From NCBI GenBank assembly GCA_012295275.1, contig CM022670.1:41912001-41976000 (forward strand): a DNA stretch of 64,000 nucleotides, written 5' to 3'. Both the position numbers and the translations under genes were made by a program. Below, one piece after another: positions 29,349-41,305 of the stretch (positions are counted from its first letter, which is position 1; every line of letters begins with the position of its first letter). The DNA comes from Chrysomallon squamiferum (taxonomy: Eukaryota; Animalia; Mollusca). The notes beneath the pieces were generated by a model. The model had not been told where the DNA came from and did no database searches. It saw nothing but the letters and a program-made list of their open reading frames with translations.

Positions 29349-29509
29349 TCAGTTCTGCTGCAGCAGCAGCTGTTCCAGCTCGTCCGCGGACCGGTAGAGG
29401 AAGGCGGCGGACTCTCTGTAGCCCGCGATCAGCTGCTTGATGGTGGCCACCTCGTTCGCACTCAGCTGATTCTTAGAACTGCTCTTCTTCATGCTCAGAT
29501 CAGTCGGTC
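29349..29509 (-). CDS. NOL4: Nucleolar protein 4-like (NOL4/NOL4L), last coding exon
   Basis: GPTDLSMKK...[39 protein letters not shown] is nearly identical to the NOL4/NOL4L C-terminus. Acceptor TTACTCAG|GA (phase 1) has a CTAAC branch-like motif upstream. Confidence 0.95.
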
Positions 29510-29538
29510 CTGAGTAACGTAAACAACAATTAGTTAGA

Positions 29539-29915
<377 letters not shown>

Positions 29916-30870
29916 TGTCCCTCTCCCAGATAAACAGATACACATACAGGCAGGCAGACAAACACACACTTAGGTGCAGAGACGCGGAGAAAGACAGACA
30001 GAAAGAGAAAGACAGACAGAAAGAGAAAGAAAGAAACCGAAAGAAAGAATATATAAAGTATATATACACAAATAAACGCACCATGCACTCATACACAACA
30101 CAAGTCAAAATTTTATATGTAAATAATACTTTGAATTGTTCTATTAAATAATTATTTAATCATTAATTGTTTATGTTCATGAAGTGAATATATTTATAGA
30201 AGTGAACTACTAACGTATTTAACTGCTAACAGTTACAAACTGCACACGCCCACCCTTCACAAACATATGGTGCACACCTTCGTCATATCACTTTTATTTT
30301 TTACAATTTTTTTCTGTTTTGACATTTATAATGTTGTTAGAATTATAAGGATACAGAAAAAAAAAATGTATCTGTTTGTGTATCTGTGATCCCCTGTTAG
30401 TGTATGTATGTAAAATTTATATATTTATGTATATAAATATGTGAGTTTTTTAGAGTTTGTTGTAACCAATGTTATTTGGATTATAAACAATATATTACAT
30501 GTATGTCACACCAACATTGATTCTACCTGTGTTTAGTTTCAGTTTGTACAAGACGCAGTGAAAACTATTTCACTAACAGACTGTTGGTTTCAGTGGTTAA
30601 TAAATTACTACTACTGCTACTACTACTGTTTTAATAAAATTACTACTACTGCTACTACTACTACTACTACTGTTTTAATAAATTACTACTACTGCTACTA
30701 CTTCTGTTTTAATAAATTACTACTACTGCTACTACTACTGTTTTAATAAATTACTACTGCTGCTACTACTACTGTTTTAATAAATTACTACTACTGCTAC
30801 TACTACTGTTTTAATAAATTACTACTACTGCTACTGTTGTTGTTGCTGAGGATGTCGATGCTGTACTTAC

Positions 30871-31189
30871 CGAACTCGCCGTTCTGCACAGAGCTGGTCT
30901 GGAGGGGGTGCTGGATCACGGAGGGGTGGTGGTGCGCCGGGTGCTGGTAGTTGGGGAATCCTGGACGAAACAATCCATTTCCATTAGCGAAGATCGGCGG
31001 GTGGAACTCTGGCGGAGGTCTGAAGGCAGGGGGAGGAAGCTGATGACGTATGAAGTCGTTGGTAGGCACGTGCCGGTCCACTTGGCTGGGCTGTGATTGG
31101 ATGCTAGACGGAGTTGTCGTCTGTCTGGCTGGCTGTGTTGGCTGTTGGGATTGAGAGGAAGGGATGGTATTGTTTGGCATTGCAGAGGC
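30871..31189 (-). CDS. NOL4: NOL4-like exon (Pro/Gln/His-rich region)
   Basis: Acceptor GTTGCAG|GCC (phase 0) and donor TTCG|GTAAGT (phase 1); both phases fit the neighbouring exons and the frame is open. Confidence 0.8.
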
Positions 31190-31231
31190 CTGCAACAGAC
31201 AAGTTATCCAGGATCATAATACCTGAACTCT

Positions 31232-31910
31232 ATGTCACATCACTTCACAATCACAATCACAATCACAATCACGATCACTTCACTTCACTTCACTTCACAT
31301 CACATCACATTACAATCACATCATATCACTTCACACCACACCATATCACTTCACACCACACATCACATCATATCACATCACAATCATATCACAATCACAT
31401 CACATCACAATCATATCACAATCACATCACATCACTTCACTTCACTTCACATTATATCACGTCACATCACATCACATCGCATTACTTCACATCAAATCAC
31501 AACATATTACATTCACATCACTTCACCTCACATCATATACATCACATCATATCATACATATCACATCATATGAGATCACATCACAGTCACATCACATCAC
31601 TTCACTTCACATCACATGTCATCACTTTACATCAAATCACATTCACACATCACATCACATCAAATCAGATCACATCATCATCATATCAGATCACATCACA
31701 TCACATCACTTCATATGACTTCACTTCATTTCACATCAATTCATACCACAAAATATAAACACATATCACATCACATCACAAACTTTATGTCACTTCACTT
31801 CATATCACATCACATCATATCAGATCACAACATTTCAAATCACAACACTTCATATCACTTCACATGACTTCACTTCACATCATTTCGAGACATAACCACA
31901 CATCACATCA
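31232..31910. repeat. Degenerate pentamer satellite (CACAT/CACTT)n
   Basis: Directly visible. Confidence 0.93.
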
Positions 31911-32822
31911 GAAGACATTGTTGACAAACTAGGTCGGTGTACCTATTGTTTGAACTGATTGAAAATCACAGAGCACATCTTACACCGTGTCCACCTGTCA
32001 GTCCATCCGTTCAGAGAAATACAAAACTGAGATCCAGGAATCGTGGAAACTACATACGTGCTGCAGTGTCAAACGACAGAGAAAAATGTCTTACTTGCCA
32101 GCCAAATCGATAAATATTAATCATAAGAAAGTGAACATCTCAGAGTTAAATCTGTACTTGTGTCCACCACCACAGTGACCGTAAATATTTTATTTTTTCG
32201 CTGGAGGAGGTGGTATAGAAGAGTGGGCGTGGTAGATGGGGCGTGGTGGAGGTGAACAGACGCACTCTGCGAGCGGATCGATGGAGCAGGTACACTGTTC
32301 TCACTGAATGGACGCAGCGGTCTCCGGGCGCACAGTTTTAATTATCAATCCCGGTGAATCACAGCCTGGCACTCACTGATTAGTTCAGTTGTTTTATACA
32401 CAGTTTCGTTCTAGAATACCGAGGTTATTCATCACCTCTCGTGTATAATCACGTTTTCGTTCTTTAACCCCAAGTCATACAGGTAATTAGAATAGATATC
32501 AGTTTAATTATTCACAGAGAAATACTCCTACAGAGGTCACTGGACAGTTGACCACAGGTCATTCATTTGTTCATTTACCTCAACAATATACTCTACATGA
32601 AACACACACACAGATATACACCTATATGTCAATAATTATACATACATATATCTAAAAGATCAAATTAGTAATTATATCAATATCTATAGAAAGACAGATA
32701 GAGAGATAGACAGATGAATAGACTCAAGCACACATACAGGCACACATACGCACACACACACATATATAATTTGAAAGGAAATAAAATAATTATCAGTTAT
32801 ATAATAAAACAAGAGGACATAC

Positions 32823-32942
32823 CGGTAGAGGATCCAGCCCCATGCGCATGCGCTTTGCATTCTGACTCTCGTTGTCACACGCACTTGCCAGAATTCCTTC
32901 CGCCGCCGCTGACGTCAGATGAGGCGGAGTAGGGCGGAGCTG
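32823..32942 (-). CDS. NOL4: NOL4-like exon ([31 protein letters not shown])
   Basis: Missed by the ORF track. My translation (Q)[39 protein letters not shown] matches the conserved NOL4 block. Acceptor TTTCAG|CAG|CTC, donor CCG|GTATGT, both phase 0. Confidence 0.92.
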
Positions 32943-33330
32943 CTGAAATTACAACAACAAATCAGTTCACAAAGGTCAACATCCGAGGTCACGTGACAAA
33001 CATTTTATTACTATTAGCACCAAGAAATCTTCTAAAAGCATCTTTCTAGAGACGTGACAGCACAAACTGTTTTTAATTTTTTTTCGTTTCTTAGTTTTTA
33101 TCTGCACAAAAGTATTTGTAAATGAAATTGCATTAAAGCGTAGCTTTAGTTTTTTAAACAAAAATAAACAACAACAGAGACTGTACTGTAAGATTAAATC
33201 TCTAAACCAAATTGGAATAAGAATATTTGAAAAACAAGAAAGAGAAAGAAAGATGAAGACGAACAAAACAAAACAAACAACATGTACCATCACAATGCAG
33301 AATTAAAAAAAATAATAATAAAAAAATAAA

Positions 33331-33372
<42 letters not shown>

Positions 33373-33436
33373 TAATAATAATAATAATAATAATACTGAA
33401 ACCCGCACATTAAGACAGGTATCAAGCCACACTTAC

Positions 33437-33640
33437 AGGCTCCCAGCCATTTTGTTCCTTGGAGCGCCGCATTCGTCGGCAGGATTTAAGATAAGTTCGA
33501 ATTCTCTTCCGGGATCTCACGTGATACTCCGGAAACTGTCTGTCACAGGCTTCAAGAATGGCCTGTATTTTGTCCTTTGGCTGCTTGGAGATAGGAACCA
33601 TTCGGTCTAAATTTTCATCCACAAACAAGCGAACAAACAT
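33437..33640 (-). CDS. NOL4: NOL4-like exon (conserved helical domain)
   Basis: [57 protein letters not shown] is the hallmark NOL4 domain. Boundaries TTTCAG|ATG and CCT|GTAAGT. Confidence 0.97.
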
Positions 33641-34310
33641 CTGAAATTAAAAAGAAAACAAACTGATTTAAATTACTTACAAAAAAACGTATTTTAAAGC
33701 ACACTGAGTTGATCCTGTACTTTTCATTACACTAATTAACTGGAAATATATTTAAATTATCTGAGTTTAAGTTTCGCTTTCTGCAAAACGCGGCTATTGA
33801 AACAATGCGGCTTTGTTGAAGTGACTTGTTTCAGACTGTCACTGAGAAGCGTTCAGTTGTCTTCGTACAGCAGAGAAAAGCAAATGTTAGAAAACTTGAA
33901 GTAAACATGAAAGTAGTTCTTCAGAGAAAATTTGTCAAACAAGATTTACTTGTTAGGTTTCGTCTGGGAATGTTTATAATGGGTTACAAATAATAAAAGT
34001 AAAAAAAACGAAAAAAGAGAAAAAAAAAAAAAAAAAATAATAAAAATAATAATATATATAATAATAAAATAATAATAATATAAAATATAATATAAAATGA
34101 AATAAAAAGAGCAAAAATAAATAAATAAATAAATACATCAATAAATAAAATCAGATTCACCTCAAAATACTATTTCTTTCTTTTTTTCTATCTTTTCGTT
34201 TTTCTCTTTATTTAATAATAATAATAATAACAACAACAACATTAATAATATAAATAATAAATAAATAAATAAACAAACAAAGAAATAAATTTAAGTAATT
34301 GTAAATTTAC

Positions 34311-34448
34311 GTTGAAAGCTTTCAGACGTTCGGGGTCGTAGTTGGCTGTGATCTTCTCATCTTCGTCATCTTCGTTGTCGTCTTCGTCATCCTTGCCACA
34401 GTGCATGTCGTCTGTCGCGCCCCCCTCGCTAGTTTTTGTGATAACACT
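34311..34448 (-). CDS. NOL4: NOL4-like exon (acidic stretch, ...YDPERLKAFN)
   Basis: Translation SVITKTSEGGATDDMHCGKDDEDDNEDDEDEKITANYDPERLKAFN; ERLKAFN directly precedes MFVRLFVD in NOL4. Donor AAC|GTAAAT. The acceptor TCTTACAG|AGT lies in the last unit of a minisatellite. Confidence 0.88.
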
Positions 34449-35070
34449 CTGTAAGACAAAAACACTTCACTAGTTTTTGTGATAACACTGTGTAAGACAA
34501 AAACACTTCACTAGTTTTTGTGATAACACTATGTAAGACAAAAACACTTCACTAGTTTTTGTGATAACACTCTGTAAGACAAAAACACTTCACTAGTTTT
34601 TGTGATAACACTCTGTAAGACAAAAACACTTCACTAGTTTTTGTGATAACACTATGTAAGACAAAAACACTTCACTAGTTTTTGTGATAACACTCTGTAA
34701 GACAAAAACACTTCACTAGTTTTTGTGATAACACTATGTAAGACAAAAACACTTCACTAGTTTTGTGATAACACTCTGAAGACAAAAACACTTCACTAGT
34801 TTTTGTGATAACACTATGTAAGACAAAAACACTTCACTAGTTTTTGTGATAACACTCTGTAAGACAACAAAACACTTCACTAGTTTTTGTGATAACACTC
34901 TGTAAGACAAAAACACTTCACTAGTTTTTGTGATAACACTCTGTAAGACAAAAACACTTCACTAGTTTTTGTGATAACACTATGTAAGACAAAAACACTT
35001 CACTAGTTTTTGTGATAACACTCTGTAAGACAAAAACACTTCACTAGTTTTTGTGATAACACTCTGTAAG
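34429..35070. repeat. 41-bp minisatellite, about 15.7 copies, overlapping a NOL4 intron/exon boundary
   Basis: Unit ctagtttttgtgataacact(c/a)tgtaagacaaaaacacttca; period 41 (units at 34429, 34470, 34511...). Confidence 0.97.
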
Positions 35071-35205
35071 ATAACCAGAGAGTTAAATACCTCAGCTGTA
35101 TTTCAACAAACTTACACAAAAAAAACAAAATAAATAAATAAATAAATAAAAAATAAGACAACAAACTTAACAAAAAAAAAAATAAAAATAAAATAAATAA
35201 ATAAA

Positions 35206-35265
<60 letters not shown>

Positions 35266-37563
35266 AATAAATAAAAACTGATGCGGAGAGCCAACCCTCT
35301 ACTTATGTTATACAGAAAGGTACATATCAAAATGTTTGTATACTAGTGGTAAGATTTTGGTTTTCATTGTTTTGCAAGGTAACACAGCTATTCTTTTCTT
35401 TTCTTAGTTGTAACAAAAGCAGTCGACATGGAGCCGCTCACTAAACAAAGGATGAGCTAAAAGTCGCAGAGATGCTAGACAAACTGTCTGTGTGAATTAT
35501 TGGTGCTTACATAAAGTGTTACTTTTATTTTCACTTTCACATTAACATGGCGACTGTTGCATATTACTCAAATAAGAGAATTCATTTAACAGTTACAATA
35601 ACAACAATTCATTTGTGTGATCATTTTAATATTTATATTTTTACACTAATCACTTTTTTTTGCTGTGTAGGTAAATAAAGCGAGTTCTGAAGTGCAGTGA
35701 GCTGTCACGTGTTTTCACTTCGCCACACGTCGAGTTACGAGATGAAATAAAAACACTTTGGTCTGCAAGACGCTCCTCCGAATGAAGACAAATTTAGTTT
35801 TCCCCTGTCTGCGATAAAGTCAGAAAAGGAGACATTCGGATTCGGAATTTGAATTCTAACTTCTTTATTCATTTATTATGTTGTTAGGGATTTCACAACG
35901 GAAACAAATTGAGTTGTGACCTTTCCTGTGTGATCCAGCTCATATCTAACCAATTAGATTATCTACAGTGAGAGACGAAGCAGTCGTAGACTGCATTAAC
36001 ACACATCCCAGTGTTACACAGCTCCGCTTTGTTTACTTACTTACATATTCATTTGTTATTTGTTTATTATTAATTTACAATAATATTTATTGTGGTTTTT
36101 TTGCTTTTGTTAAATAAACTGGGCAATACACTGTAGGCTATAAAGATAAAAATATTATTACTTAATTATGAATTTATTCATTTCACTTGGATGTACACTG
36201 TTTTGTCTAGAAATTCTAACAATCTTTGTTCTTCAAATGACATTTCAGTAACACCGATCTTCTTCACAACCTGAATGTAAACACGCCGAACTGTGACGCT
36301 ATGTTGTAATAATAGGAAAAGTTTTATTTCCTGTATGACGTCATGTAATGATAAAGGCACAGATATTAGTACGAAGTCGTTTTGTTATTTCAGGACATCG
36401 TGTTAAAGTAGTAAAGAGGTGTCAGCAAACAATGATGGTACTGACAAGATGATGACGTCAAGCCGAGCTAGCAGTATCACGTGGATTACAGGATGTTGTT
36501 TTGTACCCAAGTCGTCTAAAGACTTCACAAACGTATGTCTCAAAGCTGCGTGTTTTCTCGTGTTTATTTTATTCTTTTAGTCTCAGATGATTTAGTGTTC
36601 ATCTACTCCACGCTATCCATTCAGTGTTTTCTTCCTCCAGTTTATAACGTTTCATTATATTGTTATCTTATATTGTGATGCTGTTTATATCACATTATAT
36701 TATATCAAATTATATTATATTATGTTAAATTACAATACATTATATTACTTTCTATCATATCATATTATTTTTTTCAAGCGCGGTTCCCCTACTTGAGAAA
36801 GAAGGTTTCGCCTAGAGGAAATGTTTCTCTCTCTAGATCAAAGGATGGTCTTAAAGTCACCAGTACGCAGAGCCGATGGCGATGTCGTTGCAATCAATGA
36901 GGCATCGGGGAGCGTTGTAGTGGTAGAATGATGGAGACGACGTCTGACTGATGATGTTGTCGACATACTGACTGCTAGCAAGTGGTTTACTACAACGGCA
37001 GTGTAGAGCGAGTAGACGAAGGAGGGCTGGGGGGTACAATTACTGAGTGGAGGCGAGGCAGAGAAGCGACGCCAGAAAACGGTTCCAAAAGACGGCTTTT
37101 TGTAGCCACTAATTTCCATAGTAACAACATGAATGCCAATTGCAGAGGCCTCTGAGAGCCAATTAAGGATTTGGCCTCGTGGTTCGGTTTATCACAAGGA
37201 ATTCTGACTTTGGTCTGCTTCAGACGCTGTAATTGTCTGTGCGGTGTTTCCACATTAAAACTCGCCACACAAAGTCCAAAAGTTGCTTTTCCTCATGGGT
37301 AGTAATAGAAATGGTCACACTCGCTGAGAAAAGACTCAGTGAAATCAATAACGTGCGATATACGCCTGTGCTTATTATCTCTGCCTATTGTCAGAGCTGT
37401 GTGAGCTGTTCACTTCACAAAGAAGAGAAAACAACAGCCTCATCTGTGTCAGGGCGGAAAGCGCGGGTAACTGGGCAAGAAACACAAGCTTAGCTCTCAC
37501 CCCTTCCTCTTCATACTGACCTACTTGATTTCGTTATAATTAAATTAATTCTCTCAATCTCTC

Positions 37564-37600
<37 letters not shown>

Positions 37601-37639
37601 CTGTCTGTCTCTGTCTGTCTAGCTCTCTCTCTGTATCTC

Positions 37640-37744
<105 letters not shown>

Positions 37745-38754
37745 CGTACATGGTACTAAAGATGAGATGAATTTAGATTTTGTGAAGATTTATTACTGAC
37801 GCAGTGTTTGGACACTGCTGTGTTAAGTTAAATCTGTGGAGATTAATTACAGCTAGACCTCGCTACGGGCAGTCATCTTCTTTAACACAGCTTAAAACTT
37901 ACATCACAGCTGTTCGATCAAGTAACAGCATACTGCAATTTATGACGTCATTTAGAACTTTTCAGTGTAAAAGAAAACAGCTTTTTAAGTATTTTATACA
38001 TCAGACTACTATGACGTCGAACAGTGATTTTTCTCAAATAACAATTATGAATTACAAAATGACGTCATAAATAAATTATCAACGTTACTAACTGCACTGT
38101 ACGTATGATTTCATATTTAGTTTTCGAATAAAATACATTATTCTGCAAACAGTGAACAAAATAAATTTGTATTAAAACCTGATATTAATGACAGCGTTGA
38201 TGAAAGAAAGATGTTAATAAATACGGTTTCAATGAATTCCGTGTACAGAAATAAAGTCTAATATCTATGTTTGCTTTTTAAAATATTAAAAGATCAAAGT
38301 AAGAAGAAAAAGTTATTTGTTGTGTGTGTATTTTTCACAACGAAATACACATCTTTTACAACGCACGTTATATTAACGACTTCACTAATTACAACAAAAT
38401 TATATCTCTGCTCTTTGATTTTCTCTAAGTATATATTTCTTCTCTTTCTTCATTAGTCACTCAATTCTTTTTCAGTTCACCCTCCATCTTTTTGTCCATT
38501 GTTCTCTGACTTCAGTTTGCTACATTCTGTTTTTGTAATCTTTAACCATTTTCTTATTCATTTTCCTCCTTTCTAAGCTGCTTTCTTTTTGTTTGATTTA
38601 CTTTTTACTGATATATTTAATTTTAAACGGGTACGAGCACTTACACACAGACTGAGAATCCATTATCGTTTTCTGTTTATGACATTTTAAATAATTTTAT
38701 GCATAAAATAAAGTTTTATTGGCATATTAACATTTTCGAACACTGTAAGAGATC

Positions 38755-38824
38755 GCTCGGCGAAAATTTCGGATTTCGGAGCTTTACGGATTTGCAAATT
38801 TCTGATAACGGATCCTCAGCCTGT
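38755..38824. mobile_element. Possible pogo/Tigger-like DNA transposon end remnant
   Basis: tttcggatttcggagc...ttctgataacggatcctcagcctgt resembles Tigger/Zombi-type terminal sequences; no partner TIR found. Confidence 0.3.
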
Positions 38825-38957
38825 GTTGATAACACTTGCATTACAAGTAAACAAGTGTGCACAACACCACATTGTTAAACACAAACAACAGTTGTCGAAT
38901 ACACCCTTTATGAAGTGAATGACGGAAATGAAAATAATGAAACATATATATATTTTT

Positions 38958-39052
<95 letters not shown>

Positions 39053-39199
39053 ATACAGTACTACTGGGTCATGTAATTGGGACTTGTTTTTTTTTGTTAA
39101 ATCTTTTTATAAAGTTATTATGTAAGTTAATCAATAGATGTTTAATTGTAAAAATATGTTATCAAACTATTTTGTGTATTATAATAATATGATATGAAG

Positions 39200-39648
39200 T
39201 GTTTTATAAATGTATGAAATATTATGTAAGTGTTTTGCAAATGTATACAATAGTATGTAAGTGTTTTGTAAATGTATATAATAGTATGTAAGTGTTTTGT
39301 AAATGTGAGTAATATTATGTAAGTGTTTTTTAAATGTATTTAATATTATGTAAGTGTTTTGTAAATGTGTATAAGAGTTTGTAATTGTTATGTAAATGTA
39401 TATAATAGTATGTAAGTGTTTTGTAAATGTATGTAACAGTATGTAAAGGTTTTGTAAAAGTGTATAAAAGTATGTAAGTGTTTTGTAAATGTATATAATA
39501 GTAAGTAACTGTTTTGTAAATTTGTGTAATAGTATGTAAGTGTTTTGTAAATGTGTGTGCTAGTATGTGAGCATTTTGTAAATGTATGTAATAGTATGTG
39601 AGTATTTTTGCAAATGTGTGTAATAGTAATTGAGTATTTTTGTAAATG
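39200..39648. repeat. Degenerate 31-bp minisatellite (gtgttttgtaaatgtatataatagtatgtaa)
   Basis: Period 31 visible (units at 39261, 39292...). Confidence 0.9.
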
Positions 39649-40065
39649 CAGTGCCGGATTAATTTCTATTGACACCCTAAGCATAGTTAAATTCTGGTGC
39701 CCCTTTTTAACAATTTTTAACACCTTTTAGTGTTTTGTGATCGCACCCTTTTCTGCTTTTTGTAATGCCGTTAGAACATCTTACTATACTTAATAACTGA
39801 CCATTAACCATCGCAATTCTTACGCTGGAAAAAGACATTCATTGTAGTTACTTTGCTTAATGATTGATCCAGTGTTGACAGTTTGTACAATATCCCATAA
39901 AAAAATCACGGAATGGAAAATGTGCGTGGTGCCCCCTTCCTGTGATGCCCCCTTCCTGTGGTGCCCCCTTCCTGTGATGCCCCCTTCCTGTGATGCCCCC
40001 TTCCTGTGATGCCCCCTTCCCGTGGTGCCCTAAGCAGGTGTTTATTTTGCTGTATGTTGAAGTGT
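39649..40065. mobile_element. Probable non-autonomous DNA element with an internal 16-bp tandem array (gcccccttcctgtgat x6, 39928-40030)
   Basis: Begins CAGTGCCGGATT; subterminal ccctaagca recurs near both ends; the right TIR is degenerate or not recognisable. Confidence 0.4.
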
Positions 40066-40094
40066 TTGAGTGGACGTGGTTGGAGGATACTCAC

Positions 40095-40282
40095 GTCTGA
40101 GCTGTCGTTGCTTGCACGACGCTTCCTCTCCGGGTGACCTCGACTGGTCAGTTTGTCTGACGGGGGAGACTTGGTGTCCAGGTGAAGTGACAGAGTTTTG
40201 TTCTCCTCCGGACTTCCTGGTTCCATCTCTGTAGTTGAAGCAATTCCTGGTGTGTTCATAACCATGTCCTCACCACCAGAAT
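40095..40282 (-). CDS. NOL4: NOL4-like exon (disordered region)
   Basis: Acceptor TTTCAG|AT TCT (phase 1) and donor GAC|GTGAGT (phase 0). Translation DSGGEDMVMNTPG...RRASNDSSD. Phases fit both neighbours. Confidence 0.8.
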
Positions 40283-41220
40283 CTGAAAGTTAAACAAACG
40301 TTTACTATTATTTTTATAAGTCTCTTGTTGTGTCTTTCTCTTTTTTCTCAGTAGCTTATCCTGTCATCTGAAATACGTGGAACAAACTGTAACTTAATTA
40401 AATAAATTAAAAATTCGTGTCGATCGTTGTCAGTTTTTTGAGTTAACTGACCGGTGAGGTTCTGTGCCAGGTCAGTGACCCGGGACACGTATAATTCATT
40501 AAACACACACATAACTATAATTTCAGTTTGGTTTTAGGTTCATTAAAACAGAAACACACACATAACTAAAATTTCATTTTGGTTTTAGGTTGAGATCATA
40601 ACTTTCCTCTAAGTAAAACAAAAATACTGAAGGAAGGAATCAGGAAGAGAAGAAAGTAGAGGCTATTTATAGAAGCAGAAACACAAGAATGTCGAGACGC
40701 GATTAGCAGAAGGTTAGTAGTTGAAATTAATTATAAAACATTTATGAAATAAAATGTTAGATTAAAATTTTAAAACCCCAAATGGAAAATAAAGTACACA
40801 GCTGCGAAAGTAAACTAAGAGCAGCGTATGATGCTAGGATAAATAGTTCAATAAGGTTTCTTTTTTCTTTTTTTTTTTTTAAATAACAAAAAAAAAAAAA
40901 AAATAATAATAATAAATAAATAAAAATAATAATAATAATAATAGTACAAATAATTAATATAGTAATAAATTCCTGACCTGAGAATTCAAGTAAGGAAAAA
41001 CTAAACTCTAAACATGTCTCTTCAAAGACTGGGAAGAAAAACGAAGAACTAACGAATAAGAAAACAGCAAACGAAAGAAAAAAGAAACAAAGGATAAAGA
41101 TAGTGTAGAAACAATGAAAGACAAAGAAAGGAAAAATAAAACAAAGTATCGCAATCATTCAACGTCACAGTTTAAATAAAGTTAATAAAACTGTTGTTTT
41201 TAACACAAACTTTTGTTTAC

Positions 41221-41305
41221 CTGAAGTTTTTTGGGCGGTGGCAGGGCTGGTACTGTCAGTGAGAAAGCCACTGAGAATTGTCAGACGAGTTTTCAGAGCT
41301 GACAT
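41221..41305 (-). CDS. Candidate alternative first (or cassette) exon of NOL4-like
   Basis: ATG MSALKTRLTILSGFLTDSTSPATAQKTS followed by donor TCAG|GTAAAC in phase 1, compatible with the acceptor at 40282. No homology evidence. Confidence 0.4.

Noticed and set aside
31114-31867. His-rich plus-strand ORFs (possible metal-binding protein)
   Set aside because: Translation of a CACAT pentamer satellite inside a NOL4 intron on the opposite strand.
36838-37268. Minus-strand ORFs as an extra NOL4 exon
   Set aside because: The only donor-like site (G|GTGACT) is weak and its phase does not fit the phase-0 acceptor at 34448; no homology.
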